A DNA stretch of 64,000 bases from Obrimoposthia wandeli (GCA_977020255.1 CDROCS010000253.1:496001-560000); one strand, 5' to 3'. Shown: positions 10,668-22,261, numbered from the stretch's first letter. The notes: generated from the sequence alone by a model not told the origin. Translations and numbers: made by a program.

Positions 10668-11654
10668 ATGAGGTTTAAGAGCTTTAAGGAAAAACAGTTG
10701 CATACGACAAGTCCACATAACGTAAGTCGAAATACTATTAGCCAAAGGAAAGGCAGCTCAATATTATTAGTTTTATTTCTCTGTATGCTTACTTTTATTT
10801 GCTCCCCCCTGACCTTTGCAGAAGAACAGAAAACTGACACGTCAGCAGAGAATACTCAAAAGACTGCGAATAAAGTTACTCCAATAAAAAAACCTATCGA
10901 GTTAACTAAACAGTACAAAGAAGACCTTAAACATTACCTAGCCGCTGAGCAAGTAAAGCCATTGTTAGCAGGACCTGATGATTATTTGACTCTAGTAAAA
11001 AGGTACACAAGTGCTAACAGTAAAGGGGTAGTTATTTTATTACCTGAATGGCAGCAAGGCGCCACTAACCCAAAGGCAATTAATTACTTACGTAATGCCC
11101 TCCCGGCTAAAGGTTGGAGCACCATCGCAATACAACCGAATAATAAGCCGGAAAATTATCCCTCAACAGCAATCACGGTAGCGGAACAAAAAAAAGAAAA
11201 TCAATTAGTCTTAGAGGATTATAAAAGTAAACTAAAAAGCATGTTCAATGCCGTCATGAACACAGCAAGGGAGTATCCAGGTATAGTACTGGTTATTGCT
11301 CAAGGGAATAATGCCGCCTTACTCGTAGATTTATACAGCCAAGACGGTAGCCAACAGCCCAATGCACTCATTATGCTAAGTAGCTATCGACAGAGTAATC
11401 ATGCACTCATTAATACTGTAAATGAAAACTTTGCACGTCAACTCGCTTTTACTGAGCTACCTGTACTCGACCTTTATCTTAAACACGATAACCCACTCGT
11501 GCTAGCTAAGGCCGCACAAAGAAAGGCATTTTCAAAGCAAGAGATGAAAGTATATTACCGTCAACGTCAGCTAAACAATACCGTTACTGGTTATTATCCA
11601 GAGGAAGAATTATTACGCCAAATTAATAGCTGGCTAAAAGCTATTGGTTGGTAA
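10668..11654 (+). CDS. Exported DUF3530-like protein, alpha/beta-hydrolase-like fold
   Basis: Hydrophobic signal-like segment ending TFA-EE, then GVVILLP, GWSTIAIQP, LVIAQGNNA, LIMLSSY and LPVLDLY strand/helix pattern. The true start is uncertain and may be downstream. Confidence 0.65.
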   Translation: MRFKSFKEKQLHTTSPHNVSRNTISQRKGSSILLVLFLCMLTFICSPLTFAEEQKTDTSAENTQKTANKVTPIKKPIELTKQYKEDLKHYLAAEQVKPLLAGPDDYLTLVKRYTSANSKGVVILLPEWQQGATNPKAINYLRNALPAKGWSTIAIQPNNKPENYPSTAITVAEQKKENQLVLEDYKSKLKSMFNAVMNTAREYPGIVLVIAQGNNAALLVDLYSQDGSQQPNALIMLSSYRQSNHALINTVNENFARQLAFTELPVLDLYLKHDNPLVLAKAAQRKAFSKQEMKVYYRQRQLNNTVTGYYPEEELLRQINSWLKAIGW

Positions 11655-11696
11655 CGTTAATCCCCTTTTAAAAGTGGTAAAGCGATTCAACGTCAA

Positions 11697-11735
11697 ATGG
11701 TTTGATGGTTTGATGGTTTGATGGTTTGATGGTTT
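11697..11735. repeat. Tandem octamer repeat (ATGGTTTG)x4.9
   Basis: Four perfect units plus 7 of 8 bases, between convergent genes. Confidence 0.95.
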
Positions 11736-11793
11736 CTAATCATAATCAGAGTACAAAAGATAACAGTAATGCACTCTGATTTTTTATTTTAGG

Positions 11794-12621
11794 CTATTTC
11801 TTCTGTTTCTCAATTAAATCATATGCCGCTTGAATTTCTTGCGTTTTTTCTTTAGCACTTTCCATCATTTCTGGTGGTAAGCCCTTAGCCATTAACTTAT
11901 CAGGGTGATGCTGCAACATTAATTTTTTATAAGCCTTTTTAATCACCGGCATTGATGAGTTTTTATCAACCCCTAAGACTTTAAAAGCATTTTCTAGCTG
12001 CTGACCACTCGTAGGAATACTTCCTGAACCTTGTTGACGATACCCCCTACCACTCTGTTGTTGGTGGAAGTTAGCTCCGGCAATAATCATTTCCAGTAAT
12101 TTATCAAGTTCTCCCGCCGAATAACCTAACAATTTGGCTATGGTGTGCAAAACAGATCGCTCTGCGTCATCTAATTCGCCATCACTAAAGGCAACTTGAA
12201 CTTGGATTTCTAAAAACATTAACAACAAATCATGTCTATTACCCATCAAACGTTTAAATTTAACCAGACGGTCTTTGAGTGGGAAGCCTGTTGATTTACC
12301 CTCACGAAAAGCATCTTGTGCTTGTTCGCGTAATTCACTGCTCAGCCCAAGCTTGTCCATATAAGCACTAGCAAAAAGAATTTCATGGTTAGTCACTTTT
12401 CCTTTAGCTTTGGCAACATGTCCCATCACCGAAAAAGTGGTATAGAAAAAAGCAGCTTGCCGAGCAATGTCATCTTCTTTACCGCCAGCTATGCCATTGA
12501 AATTAAAACCACGGCCGCGATCAAACATATGACCAAGCCAAAGACCCAGCAAAGCACCAAAGAAGTTTTTAGTGAGCATAAAGCCAAATAAAAAACCTAA
12601 AATTTTACCCCAAATATGCAT
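11794..12621 (-). CDS. djlA: DnaJ-like membrane co-chaperone DjlA
   Basis: MHIWGKILG N-terminal TM, TerB-like middle, C-terminal J domain with HPDKL. Start set at the second Met. Confidence 0.96.
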   Translation of the reverse strand: MHIWGKILGFLFGFMLTKNFFGALLGLWLGHMFDRGRGFNFNGIAGGKEDDIARQAAFFYTTFSVMGHVAKAKGKVTNHEILFASAYMDKLGLSSELREQAQDAFREGKSTGFPLKDRLVKFKRLMGNRHDLLLMFLEIQVQVAFSDGELDDAERSVLHTIAKLLGYSAGELDKLLEMIIAGANFHQQQSGRGYRQQGSGSIPTSGQQLENAFKVLGVDKNSSMPVIKKAYKKLMLQHHPDKLMAKGLPPEMMESAKEKTQEIQAAYDLIEKQKK

Positions 12622-12649
12622 ATTTCTTAGCATTCCTTAAAATAATATT

Positions 12650-12720
12650 TATACCCGTTACCATTCAAAGTGAAATAGCTCACCAACTTTGAAACATCCA
12701 TATTGATTGGTAACGGCTAT
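12650..12720. repeat. 71-bp internally deleted ERIC-like element (type-2 termini)
   Basis: TATACCCGTTACCATTCAAAGTG...TGAAACATCCATATTGATTGGTAACGGCTAT is the reverse complement of the two ends of element 48765-49028. Confidence 0.85.
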
Positions 12721-12850
12721 TGTCTACAGGTGAACTATCCCATAAGAAGTTAGTCCAACTGAAAAAATTGCTATATCATAAAGCAATTAGCCGTTAAAAT
12801 ACTTGATTCATAGCTATTTTATCAGTACTTTCATCATTTCCGGACAATAA

Positions 12851-15163
12851 ATGCTTTTTTCCCGTACATTAAATTTTACCCTAGTTGCCCTCTTAGTTTG
12901 CTTTGTCGAAGTGGCGCAAGCCAACGCTAAAGTAGCGAATCAATCACCTGAAAATAAAGTAATGCTTTGCCCATTACCTGTATTTGATGATATTGCTTTA
13001 GGCATACCTAAGGTTATTGATAGCACTATCCGTATATCCTCTTTACAAGCAAGTATTAAACAAGACGAAATTGCACTATTTAACGGCTCGGTTATTCTGG
13101 TAGATAAAGGTCAAAAAATCATTGCCGACCAACTTTCCTTTAATCGTTTAAAAATGCAGATAGAAGCCATTGGCAATATTCATTACCAAAACAAACAAAT
13201 CAATATTTTTGCCAACACACTAAGCGCAAGCAAAACAGAGCGCGCAACAGAAATGACCTCTGCATCCTATCAACTGGATGGTAATCCAGGCCATGGTAAG
13301 GCGGAAAAATTGTCTATCAACGGTGATGGCATGATGAGTTTAGTCGACTCAACTTTTACCACCTGTTTACAAGAAGTGCCCGATTGGCAAATAAAAGCGT
13401 CTGAAATTAATCTCTCTTCAAGTGGTGATTTTGGCGAAGCTTACCATGCACAGTTTAGAGTATTAGATGTACCTGTGTTTTATGTACCTTACTTTTCTTT
13501 TCCAATATCTAAAGCACGCTTAACTGGCTTTTTGTATCCTGAGCTGAGTACATCAAGCAGCTTAGGCGTAGAGTTTAGCGCCCCTTTTTATTGGAATATT
13601 GCTGAGAACTATGATGCCACGATTACTCCGCGCTATATGTCTGAACGTGGCACGCAACTACAAACTGAATTTCGTTATTTGCTAAACCAACAAGCGGGAA
13701 AAATTGATCTTGAATATTTAAATAATGATAAAAAAATCAAAACCAATGATGATCCCCGTTATTTAGCACGCTTTCAACATGTCGGCACTTTTTCTCAAGA
13801 TTTCCGTGCTTATCTTGATTACACCACCATTAGCGATGATAACTATTTAGTCGATATTGGCAGTAAACAATATAACTCAAATGATGCGTATCTTTATCAA
13901 ACAGGTGAATTGGCTTACTTTGGCGAGCAGTGGCAAGCGACATTGCAATTACAAGATTTTGAAGTACTCGGTGATCATCAGCCTAGCTATAAAACATTAC
14001 CGCATATTGAACTATCAGCCCAACAGCCATTAAACTTTCTCTCTGGCCAATTTGAACTTTATTCTGAAATGACTAATTTTCAAGCTGCAGAAAAAGATCA
14101 AGTAGAAGCAAATCGCTATCATGTTGAAGCGGGCTTTACCTTCCCTATTTCTAGACCCGCTTGGTTTTTAAACTCTGAAGTAAAGTTAATGCATACTTAT
14201 TATCAACAAGACAATATTACTGCAGGAAGCTCATTAGAAAAGACAGTTGAAAGAACCTTACCTAAGGTACGTATCCATGCAGGTATTAATTTTGATCGAC
14301 AACTGCTCGCTTTTGGACAAAGCTATCGCCATACCCTAGAACCGCAGTTACAATACCTTTACGTGCCAGACAAAGATCAATCCAATATTGGCTTATATGA
14401 TACGACAATCCTACAAGATGATTTCCACGGCATTTTTCGTGATACCCGTTATAGTGGCTTAGATAGAATCGCGGCAGCTAACCAGTATACTTGGGGTATT
14501 ACCAGTCGATTACTTGATGAAGATAACTTAGAAATAATTCGCGTTAGTCTTGGTCGTATTCAATATATTGGTGAAAATAATACCAACCTTGCCAATGATG
14601 CCTTGTTAACTGATAATGGCGACATTGACAATAAACAATCATCTGTTGCTGCGGATTTGTTTTACCGAATAAATCATCAGTGGCAAGTGAGCGGCGATAT
14701 TCAATACAACACCCTAGAGAACTTTACCAATAAAGGGCAAGTGAATATTGATTATCAAATGAATAAATATAATCTAATACAATTGAACCATCGCTATACT
14801 CGTAATGTCTCAGGAGAGAGCTTAGAACAAGCGTCCCTATTAACAAGTGTTGCTATTAACGAAAACTGGGCATTTGTCGGACGTTTAACACAAGATTTAC
14901 AGCAAAATAGAAGTTTAGAGTCATATGCTGGCTTTCAATACGAAAGTTGCTGTTGGGCAGTACGTATAGCCTATCAGCGCCATATTAACTCTAACTTAGA
15001 TGCCGCCAGCTTTGTTAGTGAGGGTCGTGAAGAGTTTGATACTGGTATCAGCATCAAACTCATCATTAAAGGCTTGGACGGCAAGCAATCAGCCATAGGT
15101 ACGCAAGAGATGTTTGATAAGAGCATATTTGGTTATAAACGCCCTTATTATTTACAAAACTAA
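12851..15163 (+). CDS. lptD: LPS assembly outer-membrane protein LptD
   Basis: Signal peptide, OstA-like N domain, [23 protein letters not shown] near the C-terminus; precedes surA. Confidence 0.96.
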   Translation: MLFSRTLNFTLVALLVCFVEVAQANAKVANQSPENKVMLCPLPVFDDIALGIPKVIDSTIRISSLQASIKQDEIALFNGSVILVDKGQKIIADQLSFNRLKMQIEAIGNIHYQNKQINIFANTLSASKTERATEMTSASYQLDGNPGHGKAEKLSINGDGMMSLVDSTFTTCLQEVPDWQIKASEINLSSSGDFGEAYHAQFRVLDVPVFYVPYFSFPISKARLTGFLYPELSTSSSLGVEFSAPFYWNIAENYDATITPRYMSERGTQLQTEFRYLLNQQAGKIDLEYLNNDKKIKTNDDPRYLARFQHVGTFSQDFRAYLDYTTISDDNYLVDIGSKQYNSNDAYLYQTGELAYFGEQWQATLQLQDFEVLGDHQPSYKTLPHIELSAQQPLNFLSGQFELYSEMTNFQAAEKDQVEANRYHVEAGFTFPISRPAWFLNSEVKLMHTYYQQDNITAGSSLEKTVERTLPKVRIHAGINFDRQLLAFGQSYRHTLEPQLQYLYVPDKDQSNIGLYDTTILQDDFHGIFRDTRYSGLDRIAAANQYTWGITSRLLDEDNLEIIRVSLGRIQYIGENNTNLANDALLTDNGDIDNKQSSVAADLFYRINHQWQVSGDIQYNTLENFTNKGQVNIDYQMNKYNLIQLNHRYTRNVSGESLEQASLLTSVAINENWAFVGRLTQDLQQNRSLESYAGFQYESCCWAVRIAYQRHINSNLDAASFVSEGREEFDTGISIKLIIKGLDGKQSAIGTQEMFDKSIFGYKRPYYLQN

Positions 15164-15234
15164 TTTACACTACTTACTTTGCAATAATCAGTACCATACG
15201 CAATATTAAGAATATAAAACAAGATATAAAAAAT

Positions 15235-16536
15235 ATGAAATATAGAATTAAAGCAATACTGTTAGCCTCTAGTCTTATCATTACTACTATCACGTCAGTG
15301 CAAGCTAAAGAAGAACTGCTTGATAGAGTCGCTGCCATTGTTAATAGTGGTGTAGTACTTGAGTCTGAAGTTAACGACCTCGTTGTTAATATTAAACAAC
15401 AAGCTAAAAAAAATAATCAAGGCTTACCCTCTGATAAAGCTTTACGCATTCAAGTAATGGATAAACTAATTAATGACAGCCTGCTCAGTCAAATGGGTCA
15501 GCGCATGGGCATACAAATTAGTGATGCACAACTTGACCAAACCTTAAATAACATGGCCAAAGAAGATAAACTGACCTTAGCTCAATTTCGCCAACAAGTT
15601 ATTAATGAGGGCAGTAGTTATGAAAAATACCGTGAAAATGTTCGAATAGAACTCGTTTCAGGTGAAGTAAGCCGTAATAGTGTTAGGCGCAGAATATTTG
15701 TTTCACCACAGGAAGTGGCAAATTTACTTAGTGTAATGAAAGAGCAAAGCACTAATAATGTCGAATACCATTTAGGCCATATCTTAATAGAATTCCCTGC
15801 CGATGCTACCCAAGAAGATTTAACCGCAGCTAAAACTCGTGCGACAAAGGTGGTAGAGTTACTTAATGATGGCTCTGACTTTGCTAAAATCGCGATTACT
15901 TCATCAGGTGATGCTAACGCGTTAAAAGGTGGTGATTTAGGTTGGAAAAATATTAATGAAATGCCAACGCTCTTCTCTGAGTTAATTAACGACAAAGCTA
16001 AAGACACCATTGTTGGCCCAATTCGTACAGGCTTAGGTTATAGCATAGTTAAAGTTTTAGATATTCGAGGTAGAAAAATTGTTGAAGTTGAAGAAGTAAA
16101 ATCTCGCCATATATTGATTAAACCATCGATTATTTTAAGTGATGAAAAAGCTAAAGATTTATTACAAGGTTTTTTAAATCAAATAAACGCGGGAGAAGCC
16201 ACCTTTGAAGAGTTAGCTAAAGCACATTCTGAAGGGCCAACCTCAGTGCGCGGTGGCGATTTAGGTTGGGCAGATCCTAAAAGCTATGATCCAGCTTTTA
16301 AAGACGCGCTAGCAACCATGAAAAAAGGGGAATACCATAAACCATTTCGCTCCTCTTTTGGCTGGCATATTATCCAGTTAGAAGATCGCCGACTGGTTGA
16401 TGCCACTTCACAATTGAATGAAAATCGTGCTTATCAAATCCTCTTCAACCGTAAATACGGTATGGAGAGCACACGTTGGTTAAAAGAAACCCGCGATGAA
16501 GCTTACATTGAAATATTTGAACAGGATAGCAAGTAA
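15235..16536 (+). CDS. surA: Periplasmic chaperone/PPIase SurA
   Basis: [18 protein letters not shown]; two parvulin domains (GGDLGW twice, FGWHIIQL). Confidence 0.97.
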   Translation: MKYRIKAILLASSLIITTITSVQAKEELLDRVAAIVNSGVVLESEVNDLVVNIKQQAKKNNQGLPSDKALRIQVMDKLINDSLLSQMGQRMGIQISDAQLDQTLNNMAKEDKLTLAQFRQQVINEGSSYEKYRENVRIELVSGEVSRNSVRRRIFVSPQEVANLLSVMKEQSTNNVEYHLGHILIEFPADATQEDLTAAKTRATKVVELLNDGSDFAKIAITSSGDANALKGGDLGWKNINEMPTLFSELINDKAKDTIVGPIRTGLGYSIVKVLDIRGRKIVEVEEVKSRHILIKPSIILSDEKAKDLLQGFLNQINAGEATFEELAKAHSEGPTSVRGGDLGWADPKSYDPAFKDALATMKKGEYHKPFRSSFGWHIIQLEDRRLVDATSQLNENRAYQILFNRKYGMESTRWLKETRDEAYIEIFEQDSK

Positions 16537-17516
16537 TGACACAACGCATTGCCATTACCCCCGGTGAACCAGCAGGAATTGGTTCCGACTTAATCATTAC
16601 TATCGCTCAGCAAGACTGGCCTGTAGAAATGGTTGTCATTGCTTCAAAATCATTATTACAAGAAAGAGCGAAATTACTTTCTTTACCGTTAAACATAATT
16701 GATTATGATCAAGATGCCCCAGCAAAAACACAACAAGCAGGGAGTTTAACCGTGCTTGATGTTGAGCTAGCACAACCTTGCATTCCAGGAGTACTCAATA
16801 GTGCTAATGGCGCCTACGTAGTAGAAACATTAAGAATTGCCAGTGAAAAAAACATTTCTGGTGAGTTTGACGCTATCGTGACAGGTCCTGTACACAAAGG
16901 CCTAATAAATAAAGCAGGAATTGCTTTTAGTGGTCACACCGAATATTTTGCTAATCAAGCAAATTGCACCGATGTTGTAATGATGCTTGCAACTCAAGGT
17001 CTTCGAGTTGCATTAGTCACTACACACATTCCGCTGGCTTACGTATCCAAAGCAATTACTTATGAGCGATTACAAAAAGTCACCCGGATTTTACATCAAG
17101 ATTTACAAAAGAAATTCGGTATAAAATCACCTACGATTTATGCTTGTGGTATCAATCCCCATGCGGGTGAAGATGGTCATCTTGGCCGTGAAGAAATAGA
17201 CGTTATGGAGCCAGCGTTTGCTGAGCTTCGCACTGAGGGCATAGATATTATTGGTCCTTTACCTGCTGATACTATTTTTCAAGAAAAATACTTGGCTGAA
17301 GCGGATGCTATTTTAGCGATGTACCACGACCAAGGTCTGCCTGTACTAAAATACAAAGGCTTTGGCTCGTCAGTAAATATTACGCTAGGTTTACCTTTTA
17401 TTCGTACCTCCGTTGATCACGGAACAGCACTTGAACTTGCAGGTAAAGGTACCGCAGACTCTGGCAGCTTTATTGAAGCAATGAACACCGCCATCAACTT
17501 AGCTAGAAACAAATAG
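16536..17516 (+). CDS. pdxA: 4-hydroxythreonine-4-phosphate dehydrogenase
   Basis: [34 protein letters not shown]. Confidence 0.97.
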   Translation: MTQRIAITPGEPAGIGSDLIITIAQQDWPVEMVVIASKSLLQERAKLLSLPLNIIDYDQDAPAKTQQAGSLTVLDVELAQPCIPGVLNSANGAYVVETLRIASEKNISGEFDAIVTGPVHKGLINKAGIAFSGHTEYFANQANCTDVVMMLATQGLRVALVTTHIPLAYVSKAITYERLQKVTRILHQDLQKKFGIKSPTIYACGINPHAGEDGHLGREEIDVMEPAFAELRTEGIDIIGPLPADTIFQEKYLAEADAILAMYHDQGLPVLKYKGFGSSVNITLGLPFIRTSVDHGTALELAGKGTADSGSFIEAMNTAINLARNK

Positions 17517-17534
17517 TTTAACAAAGAAGCAGTT

Positions 17535-18440
17535 ATGAACGACAAAAAACATTTAGGCCATCAAGCAAAAAAACGCTTTGGACAGAACTTTCTCCACAAT
17601 GATGCTGTTATCAGTGACATTGTCGATGCAATTAACCCAGAGCCTGGTGAAAACCTAGTCGAAATTGGCCCTGGTTTAGGCGCCTTAACGGAACCTGTTA
17701 TTGAACGCGCAGGTAAATTATCTGTGGTTGAATTAGACAGAGACCTTGCCCATAGACTTCGTCATCATCCCTTTTTGGCTAAAGACTTAACTATCTATGA
17801 AACAGATGCACTGAAATTTGATTTTTCCGAGTTAGCGACAGAAGAAAAACCACTACGCATTTTTGGTAATTTACCCTATAACATTTCAACACCACTTATT
17901 TTTCATCTTTTAACATTTAAAGATAAAGTGAAAGATATGCATTTCATGCTGCAAAAAGAAGTGGTAGAACGCATGGCTGCAGGGCCTCACTGTAAAGCCT
18001 ATGGTCGCTTGTCGATAATGACTCAATACCAGTGTCAGGTGTTCCCTGTGATGGAAATTGGACCGGAGGCTTTTAAACCTGCTCCCAAAGTTGATTCAGC
18101 GATAGTACGTTTAATTCCTCATGCTCATATTGAGAACCCAGTTAAAGACATTAACGCACTCAATACAATTTGTTTAGCTGCCTTTAATCAACGCAGAAAA
18201 ACGATTCGAAATACTTTTAAAAAGTTAATTACAGAAGCACAGTTAGCTGAATTAAACATTGATGCTAACTTACGCCCAGAAAACTTATCCCTTGATGAGT
18301 ATAAAAAGCTTGCCGATTTTATTGTTGATAATCCGCCAGAGGCTGCTCCAATAAAAGAAAAAAGACATATGGCAAAAAATAAAAAAGCTCAACATGATAA
18401 CGACAGTTTGAATGAGGAATCTGCACCCGAAGCAGAGTAG
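17535..18440 (+). CDS. rsmA: 16S rRNA m6,2A1518/1519 dimethyltransferase RsmA (KsgA) with a charged C-terminal tail
   Basis: [32 protein letters not shown]. Confidence 0.97.
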   Translation: MNDKKHLGHQAKKRFGQNFLHNDAVISDIVDAINPEPGENLVEIGPGLGALTEPVIERAGKLSVVELDRDLAHRLRHHPFLAKDLTIYETDALKFDFSELATEEKPLRIFGNLPYNISTPLIFHLLTFKDKVKDMHFMLQKEVVERMAAGPHCKAYGRLSIMTQYQCQVFPVMEIGPEAFKPAPKVDSAIVRLIPHAHIENPVKDINALNTICLAAFNQRRKTIRNTFKKLITEAQLAELNIDANLRPENLSLDEYKKLADFIVDNPPEAAPIKEKRHMAKNKKAQHDNDSLNEESAPEAE

Positions 18441-18443
18441 TTT

Positions 18444-19307
18444 ATGGCTATTTACTTGGTAGGCGATATTCAAGGTTGCTTTAACGAGTTAACCTCCTTG
18501 TTATTACAAGTCAACTTCGACCGTAATAAGGATGTCCTGTACCTTGCGGGCGACTTAGTCGCTCGCGGTCCAAACTCTCTTGACACCTTACGTTTTGTTA
18601 AGTCTCTTGGCGAAAGCGCCAAGATCGTTTTAGGTAACCACGATTTACATTTACTCGCTGTTCACGCTGGTATCAAAAAAGTAAAAAAAGCAGATTACTT
18701 ATCAGCACTATTAGCCGCTCCCGATGTTGATGAACTCATGGACTGGTTAGCTGCACAGCCTTTATTACAAAAAATACCTCATACTTGTTCAAATTCAAGC
18801 TCAAGCTCAGCAAACAAAATTAATAATGACAGTGCCTACATGAGCCATGCTGGTATTTCACCACAATGGCAACTAGCCGATGCGCTAGAACAAGCAGAGC
18901 TTATTCATACTAAATTAGCAAGTAATGACCGTAATACTTGGTTAGCGCTTATGTATGGTGAAAAGCCTAACAATTGGCATCAAGCAATAACTGAAATTGA
19001 AAAATTTCGTTATAGCATTAATGCGTTTACCCGTATGCGATTTTGCTTTATCGACGGGACGCTAGAATTTACACAGAAAGAGTCTCCTGACAATACTACT
19101 GCGACTAATATAGTCCCTTGGTATGAATTATCTAAAACGATTAATAATACTCACTGGGTTTTTGGTCATTGGGCTTCGCTCATGGGCAAAAGTACACACC
19201 CTAACATTTATCCCTTAGATACAGGCTGTGTTTGGGGTAATCATTTGACCATGCTGCGCTGGCATGATAAAAAATACTTCAGGCAAAATGCCGAGCTGAG
19301 TGATTAA
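18444..19307 (+). CDS. apaH: Symmetrical bis(5'-nucleosyl)-tetraphosphatase
   Basis: GDIQGC, GDLVARGP, LGNHDLH, HAGI, GHWA, DTGCVWG. Confidence 0.96.
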   Translation: MAIYLVGDIQGCFNELTSLLLQVNFDRNKDVLYLAGDLVARGPNSLDTLRFVKSLGESAKIVLGNHDLHLLAVHAGIKKVKKADYLSALLAAPDVDELMDWLAAQPLLQKIPHTCSNSSSSSANKINNDSAYMSHAGISPQWQLADALEQAELIHTKLASNDRNTWLALMYGEKPNNWHQAITEIEKFRYSINAFTRMRFCFIDGTLEFTQKESPDNTTATNIVPWYELSKTINNTHWVFGHWASLMGKSTHPNIYPLDTGCVWGNHLTMLRWHDKKYFRQNAELSD

Positions 19308-19387
19308 TCAAAATTATTTATTGTACAAAAAAGCAAGTCCCCATAGAGGATGACTTTTTGCTGAGTATAATAAAAGCGCCTAAACAT

Positions 19388-19414
19388 TAAGTATTTCCTA
19401 TTACGCGCCGATAC
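19388..19414 (+). promoter_or_regulatory. Probable sigma-28 (FliA) promoter
   Basis: TAAG-N15-GCCGATAC, 70 bp upstream of an MCP gene; close to the TAAA-N15-GCCGATAA consensus. Confidence 0.65.
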
Positions 19415-19484
19415 AAGCTTAGCTTGATATATAAAAACTAATTAACGTATAACTAGGCAATAGCCTACCAATTGGGTGGATTGA

Positions 19485-21503
19485 ATGAATTTAACTGTAG
19501 CTGTAAAAATAATTGGTGGCTTTGCCATTATCTCAACTTTACTGATAGTAATTAGCATCATATCGTTATCTAATTTAAACACCATCAGCGAGTCGACTCA
19601 GCAGCAGAGCACTTTAGCGATTCCAACACTCAAAGCCAGTAATAAGCTTGCCCTTGAGATCAGTCAAATGAGCAATGTGACCTTAAAAGGTTATTATCAA
19701 ACAGATCTTGCTCTATTAGCTGGTAATTTAACAAATTATAAAAATATAGAAACAGTGTTCGCGCAACAATTAGCAGAATTAAAGCAAACTGTCGCTTTGG
19801 AGCCAGATTTACTGACCAACTTGACTCAAGTAGAGCAACTCTATGCAAACTTTCAGCATGCTAATATTGGATTATTTAATAATCATAAAGTGAGTATCGA
19901 ACAAAAACAGTTGTTAACTGAAAAAATTAATAGTTTAGAAGAAAAAGCAGATAACACTATTATGCTACTGTTAGATTTGGCTGATCATGAACTCGCTGGT
20001 ACTAAACTGCAACGTGCAATCAATTTAAGTGACTACTTAGAAACACAATTGAACTCGATTGTCTCTTCTGCTTTAGAGTATCGTGATATCTTGAACGAAA
20101 GCACAGCACAATTTTTCGGCAGTGAGCTTACTAGTAGTATTAGTGATGCGAAACACTCAGTTGATAATATTATCTTGGAATTAAATAACCATGAACTTGA
20201 AGGCATCTCTGAGCAAGTTACCTTAGCATTCAACGAAATACAGAGCCTCTTATCACAAGAAAATGGCATCCTAGCCCACAAAGTAAAGCAATTAAAAGCG
20301 AACCAACAAACCTATCTCCTGCTCTTAGAGGAAGAGAAGGTGGCCAAACAAGTTAATAAAATATTAGAGAAGCAAATTGAGCTAGCGAACCAAACCACCA
20401 TTAGAGCTAGTCAACTGGTTGAGGATTCAGTAAGTAGTGGTAGTACCCAAACCACCATTATTATGCTCATATCCATTGCTGTTGCGTTAATAATCGCTCG
20501 AATTACGCTGATTGGTATTACTCGTCCATTAACACGTGTTAATGAAATGCTCAGTATCGTCGCTTCTGGTGACCTTTCGATGAAGCTTGATGAAAGTGGT
20601 AACGATGAATTCGCTCAATTATCAAAAAATTGTAATTTATTAATTGATAGTTTACGTAATCTAATTGAAAGCATTGTTAATCGTTCCGCACAATTAGCTG
20701 CTGCTGCAGAACAAACCTCAGCCGTGACTGCACAAAGTACCACTGCAATTGAAGAACAACGTAATCAAGTAGAACAAGCAGCCTCGGCAACAACCGAAAT
20801 GAGCAGTACCTCACAAAGTGTGCTTTCAAGTGCCAACGATGCCTTAAGTGAAATTAAACATGCTGATGAAGAAGCGGAACGTGTTAAAGGCATTTCAGCT
20901 AGAAACCGTCAGACCATTGAAATGCTTGCTAATGAAGTAGAATCAGCCGCTCAAGTTATCAACCAATTACAACTGGACAGTGCCTCAATAGGCGGAATAT
21001 TAGATGTAATTCGTGGTATTGCTGAACAAACTAACTTACTAGCACTAAATGCAGCCATTGAAGCAGCACGAGCTGGTGAGCAAGGACGAGGTTTTGCTGT
21101 CGTTGCAGATGAGGTACGTACCTTAGCCAGTAGAACACAAGAATCAACGTCTGAAATTCAAACGATGATAGAAGCACTACAAACAGGTGCAGGTAAAGCG
21201 GTAACAGTTATGGATGCAGGTAAGTCTAAAGCCAGTGATTGTGTAAATCAAAGTGAGGAAGCTGACCAAGCACTTGAAATTATTACCCTCGCAGTACACG
21301 AGGCATTTGATCGCAGTTCACAAATTGCAACCGCTGCTGAAGAGCAAAGTGTTGTTGCCCATGAAATCAGTGAAAATCTTGAGTCTATTGTGACTATTGC
21401 TGAGCAAACTACCGCTGGCTCACAACAAACAGCAGCATCAAGTAGTGAAGTTGCTCGTTTAGCTGAAGAGTTACAACAATCAGTGCAAGAATTTAAATTA
21501 TAA
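19485..21503 (+). CDS. Methyl-accepting chemotaxis protein
   Basis: Two TMs, large helical periplasmic domain, HAMP, signalling hairpin [37 protein letters not shown]. Confidence 0.96.
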   Translation: MNLTVAVKIIGGFAIISTLLIVISIISLSNLNTISESTQQQSTLAIPTLKASNKLALEISQMSNVTLKGYYQTDLALLAGNLTNYKNIETVFAQQLAELKQTVALEPDLLTNLTQVEQLYANFQHANIGLFNNHKVSIEQKQLLTEKINSLEEKADNTIMLLLDLADHELAGTKLQRAINLSDYLETQLNSIVSSALEYRDILNESTAQFFGSELTSSISDAKHSVDNIILELNNHELEGISEQVTLAFNEIQSLLSQENGILAHKVKQLKANQQTYLLLLEEEKVAKQVNKILEKQIELANQTTIRASQLVEDSVSSGSTQTTIIMLISIAVALIIARITLIGITRPLTRVNEMLSIVASGDLSMKLDESGNDEFAQLSKNCNLLIDSLRNLIESIVNRSAQLAAAAEQTSAVTAQSTTAIEEQRNQVEQAASATTEMSSTSQSVLSSANDALSEIKHADEEAERVKGISARNRQTIEMLANEVESAAQVINQLQLDSASIGGILDVIRGIAEQTNLLALNAAIEAARAGEQGRGFAVVADEVRTLASRTQESTSEIQTMIEALQTGAGKAVTVMDAGKSKASDCVNQSEEADQALEIITLAVHEAFDRSSQIATAAEEQSVVAHEISENLESIVTIAEQTTAGSQQTAASSSEVARLAEELQQSVQEFKL

Positions 21504-21540
21504 GCTGTAAGCTTAATTTTCAGCTAAACCATACTTATAG

Positions 21541-21568
21541 TTGACATACTCATTGTTAACTATATAAT
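21541..21568 (+). promoter_or_regulatory. Consensus sigma-70 promoter of the csp gene
   Basis: TTGACA-N16-TATAAT with perfect hexamers, about 190 bp upstream of the csp ATG. Confidence 0.8.
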
Positions 21569-21761
21569 GCACCCAGCTTGAAGTTAGTTTTATTTTTTTG
21601 TACACCATTTCGATGTTATCTCATGCTTACTTTAGATAAGATATCTGTAACACGTCCTGATTTATAAGTAATAGCAACTCTTTTTAGCAAACCCCTAACA
21701 GCTTAGCTTAATGCAAAGATTGTTAGTACAATTACTCTTAAATATTTATAGGATTACACAT

Positions 21762-21968
21762 ATGTCTACTACTACTGGTACAGTAAAATGGTTTAACGAA
21801 GCTAAAGGTTTTGGTTTTATCGAGCAAGAAAACGGTCCAGACGTTTTTGCTCATTTCAACGCTATCGTTGGTGACGGTTTCAAAACTCTTGCTGAAGGTC
21901 AAAAAGTTGAATTTACAGTTACTGACGGTCAGAAAGGACCTCAAGCTGAAAACATCGTTGCACTTTAA
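21762..21968 (+). CDS. Cold-shock domain protein (CspA family), 68 aa
   Basis: [40 protein letters not shown] before the ATG at 21762 (the ORF track extends it to 21711). Confidence 0.97.
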   Translation: MSTTTGTVKWFNEAKGFGFIEQENGPDVFAHFNAIVGDGFKTLAEGQKVEFTVTDGQKGPQAENIVAL

Positions 21969-22019
21969 TTTGCAATATTTAGGTTAGTTACTAGGTAACA
22001 AACCTAAAGATGTTAAAGA

Positions 22020-22050
22020 AAGGACATACCTTAATTGGATGTCCTTTTTT
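22020..22050 (+). terminator. Intrinsic terminator of csp
   Basis: AAGGACAT...ATGTCCTT stem followed by a T tract. A second hairpin (TTTAGGTT...AACCTAAA) precedes it at about 21978-22008. Confidence 0.8.
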
Positions 22051-22229
22051 ATTGTCTAAAGATCACTGAACCTCACAGTCAAAATAACATAACTACGCTT
22101 TTATTCTATTAGAATAGAGTACTTCCCTAATTTATTTTTCCCTCGAAAACAGGAATATACACTTAATTAAACCTATATCCCCTTTCTTACCTCTTAGGTT
22201 TAAGGGTTGCATATTAATAATGCGCGCAT

Positions 22230-22261
22230 AAAAAAGGCTAGCACTTGTTAAAGTACTAACC
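22230..22261 (-). terminator. Intrinsic terminator downstream of murA and MITE B
   Basis: Minus strand GGTTAGTACT-loop-AGTGCTAGCC followed by TTTTTT. Confidence 0.7.
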
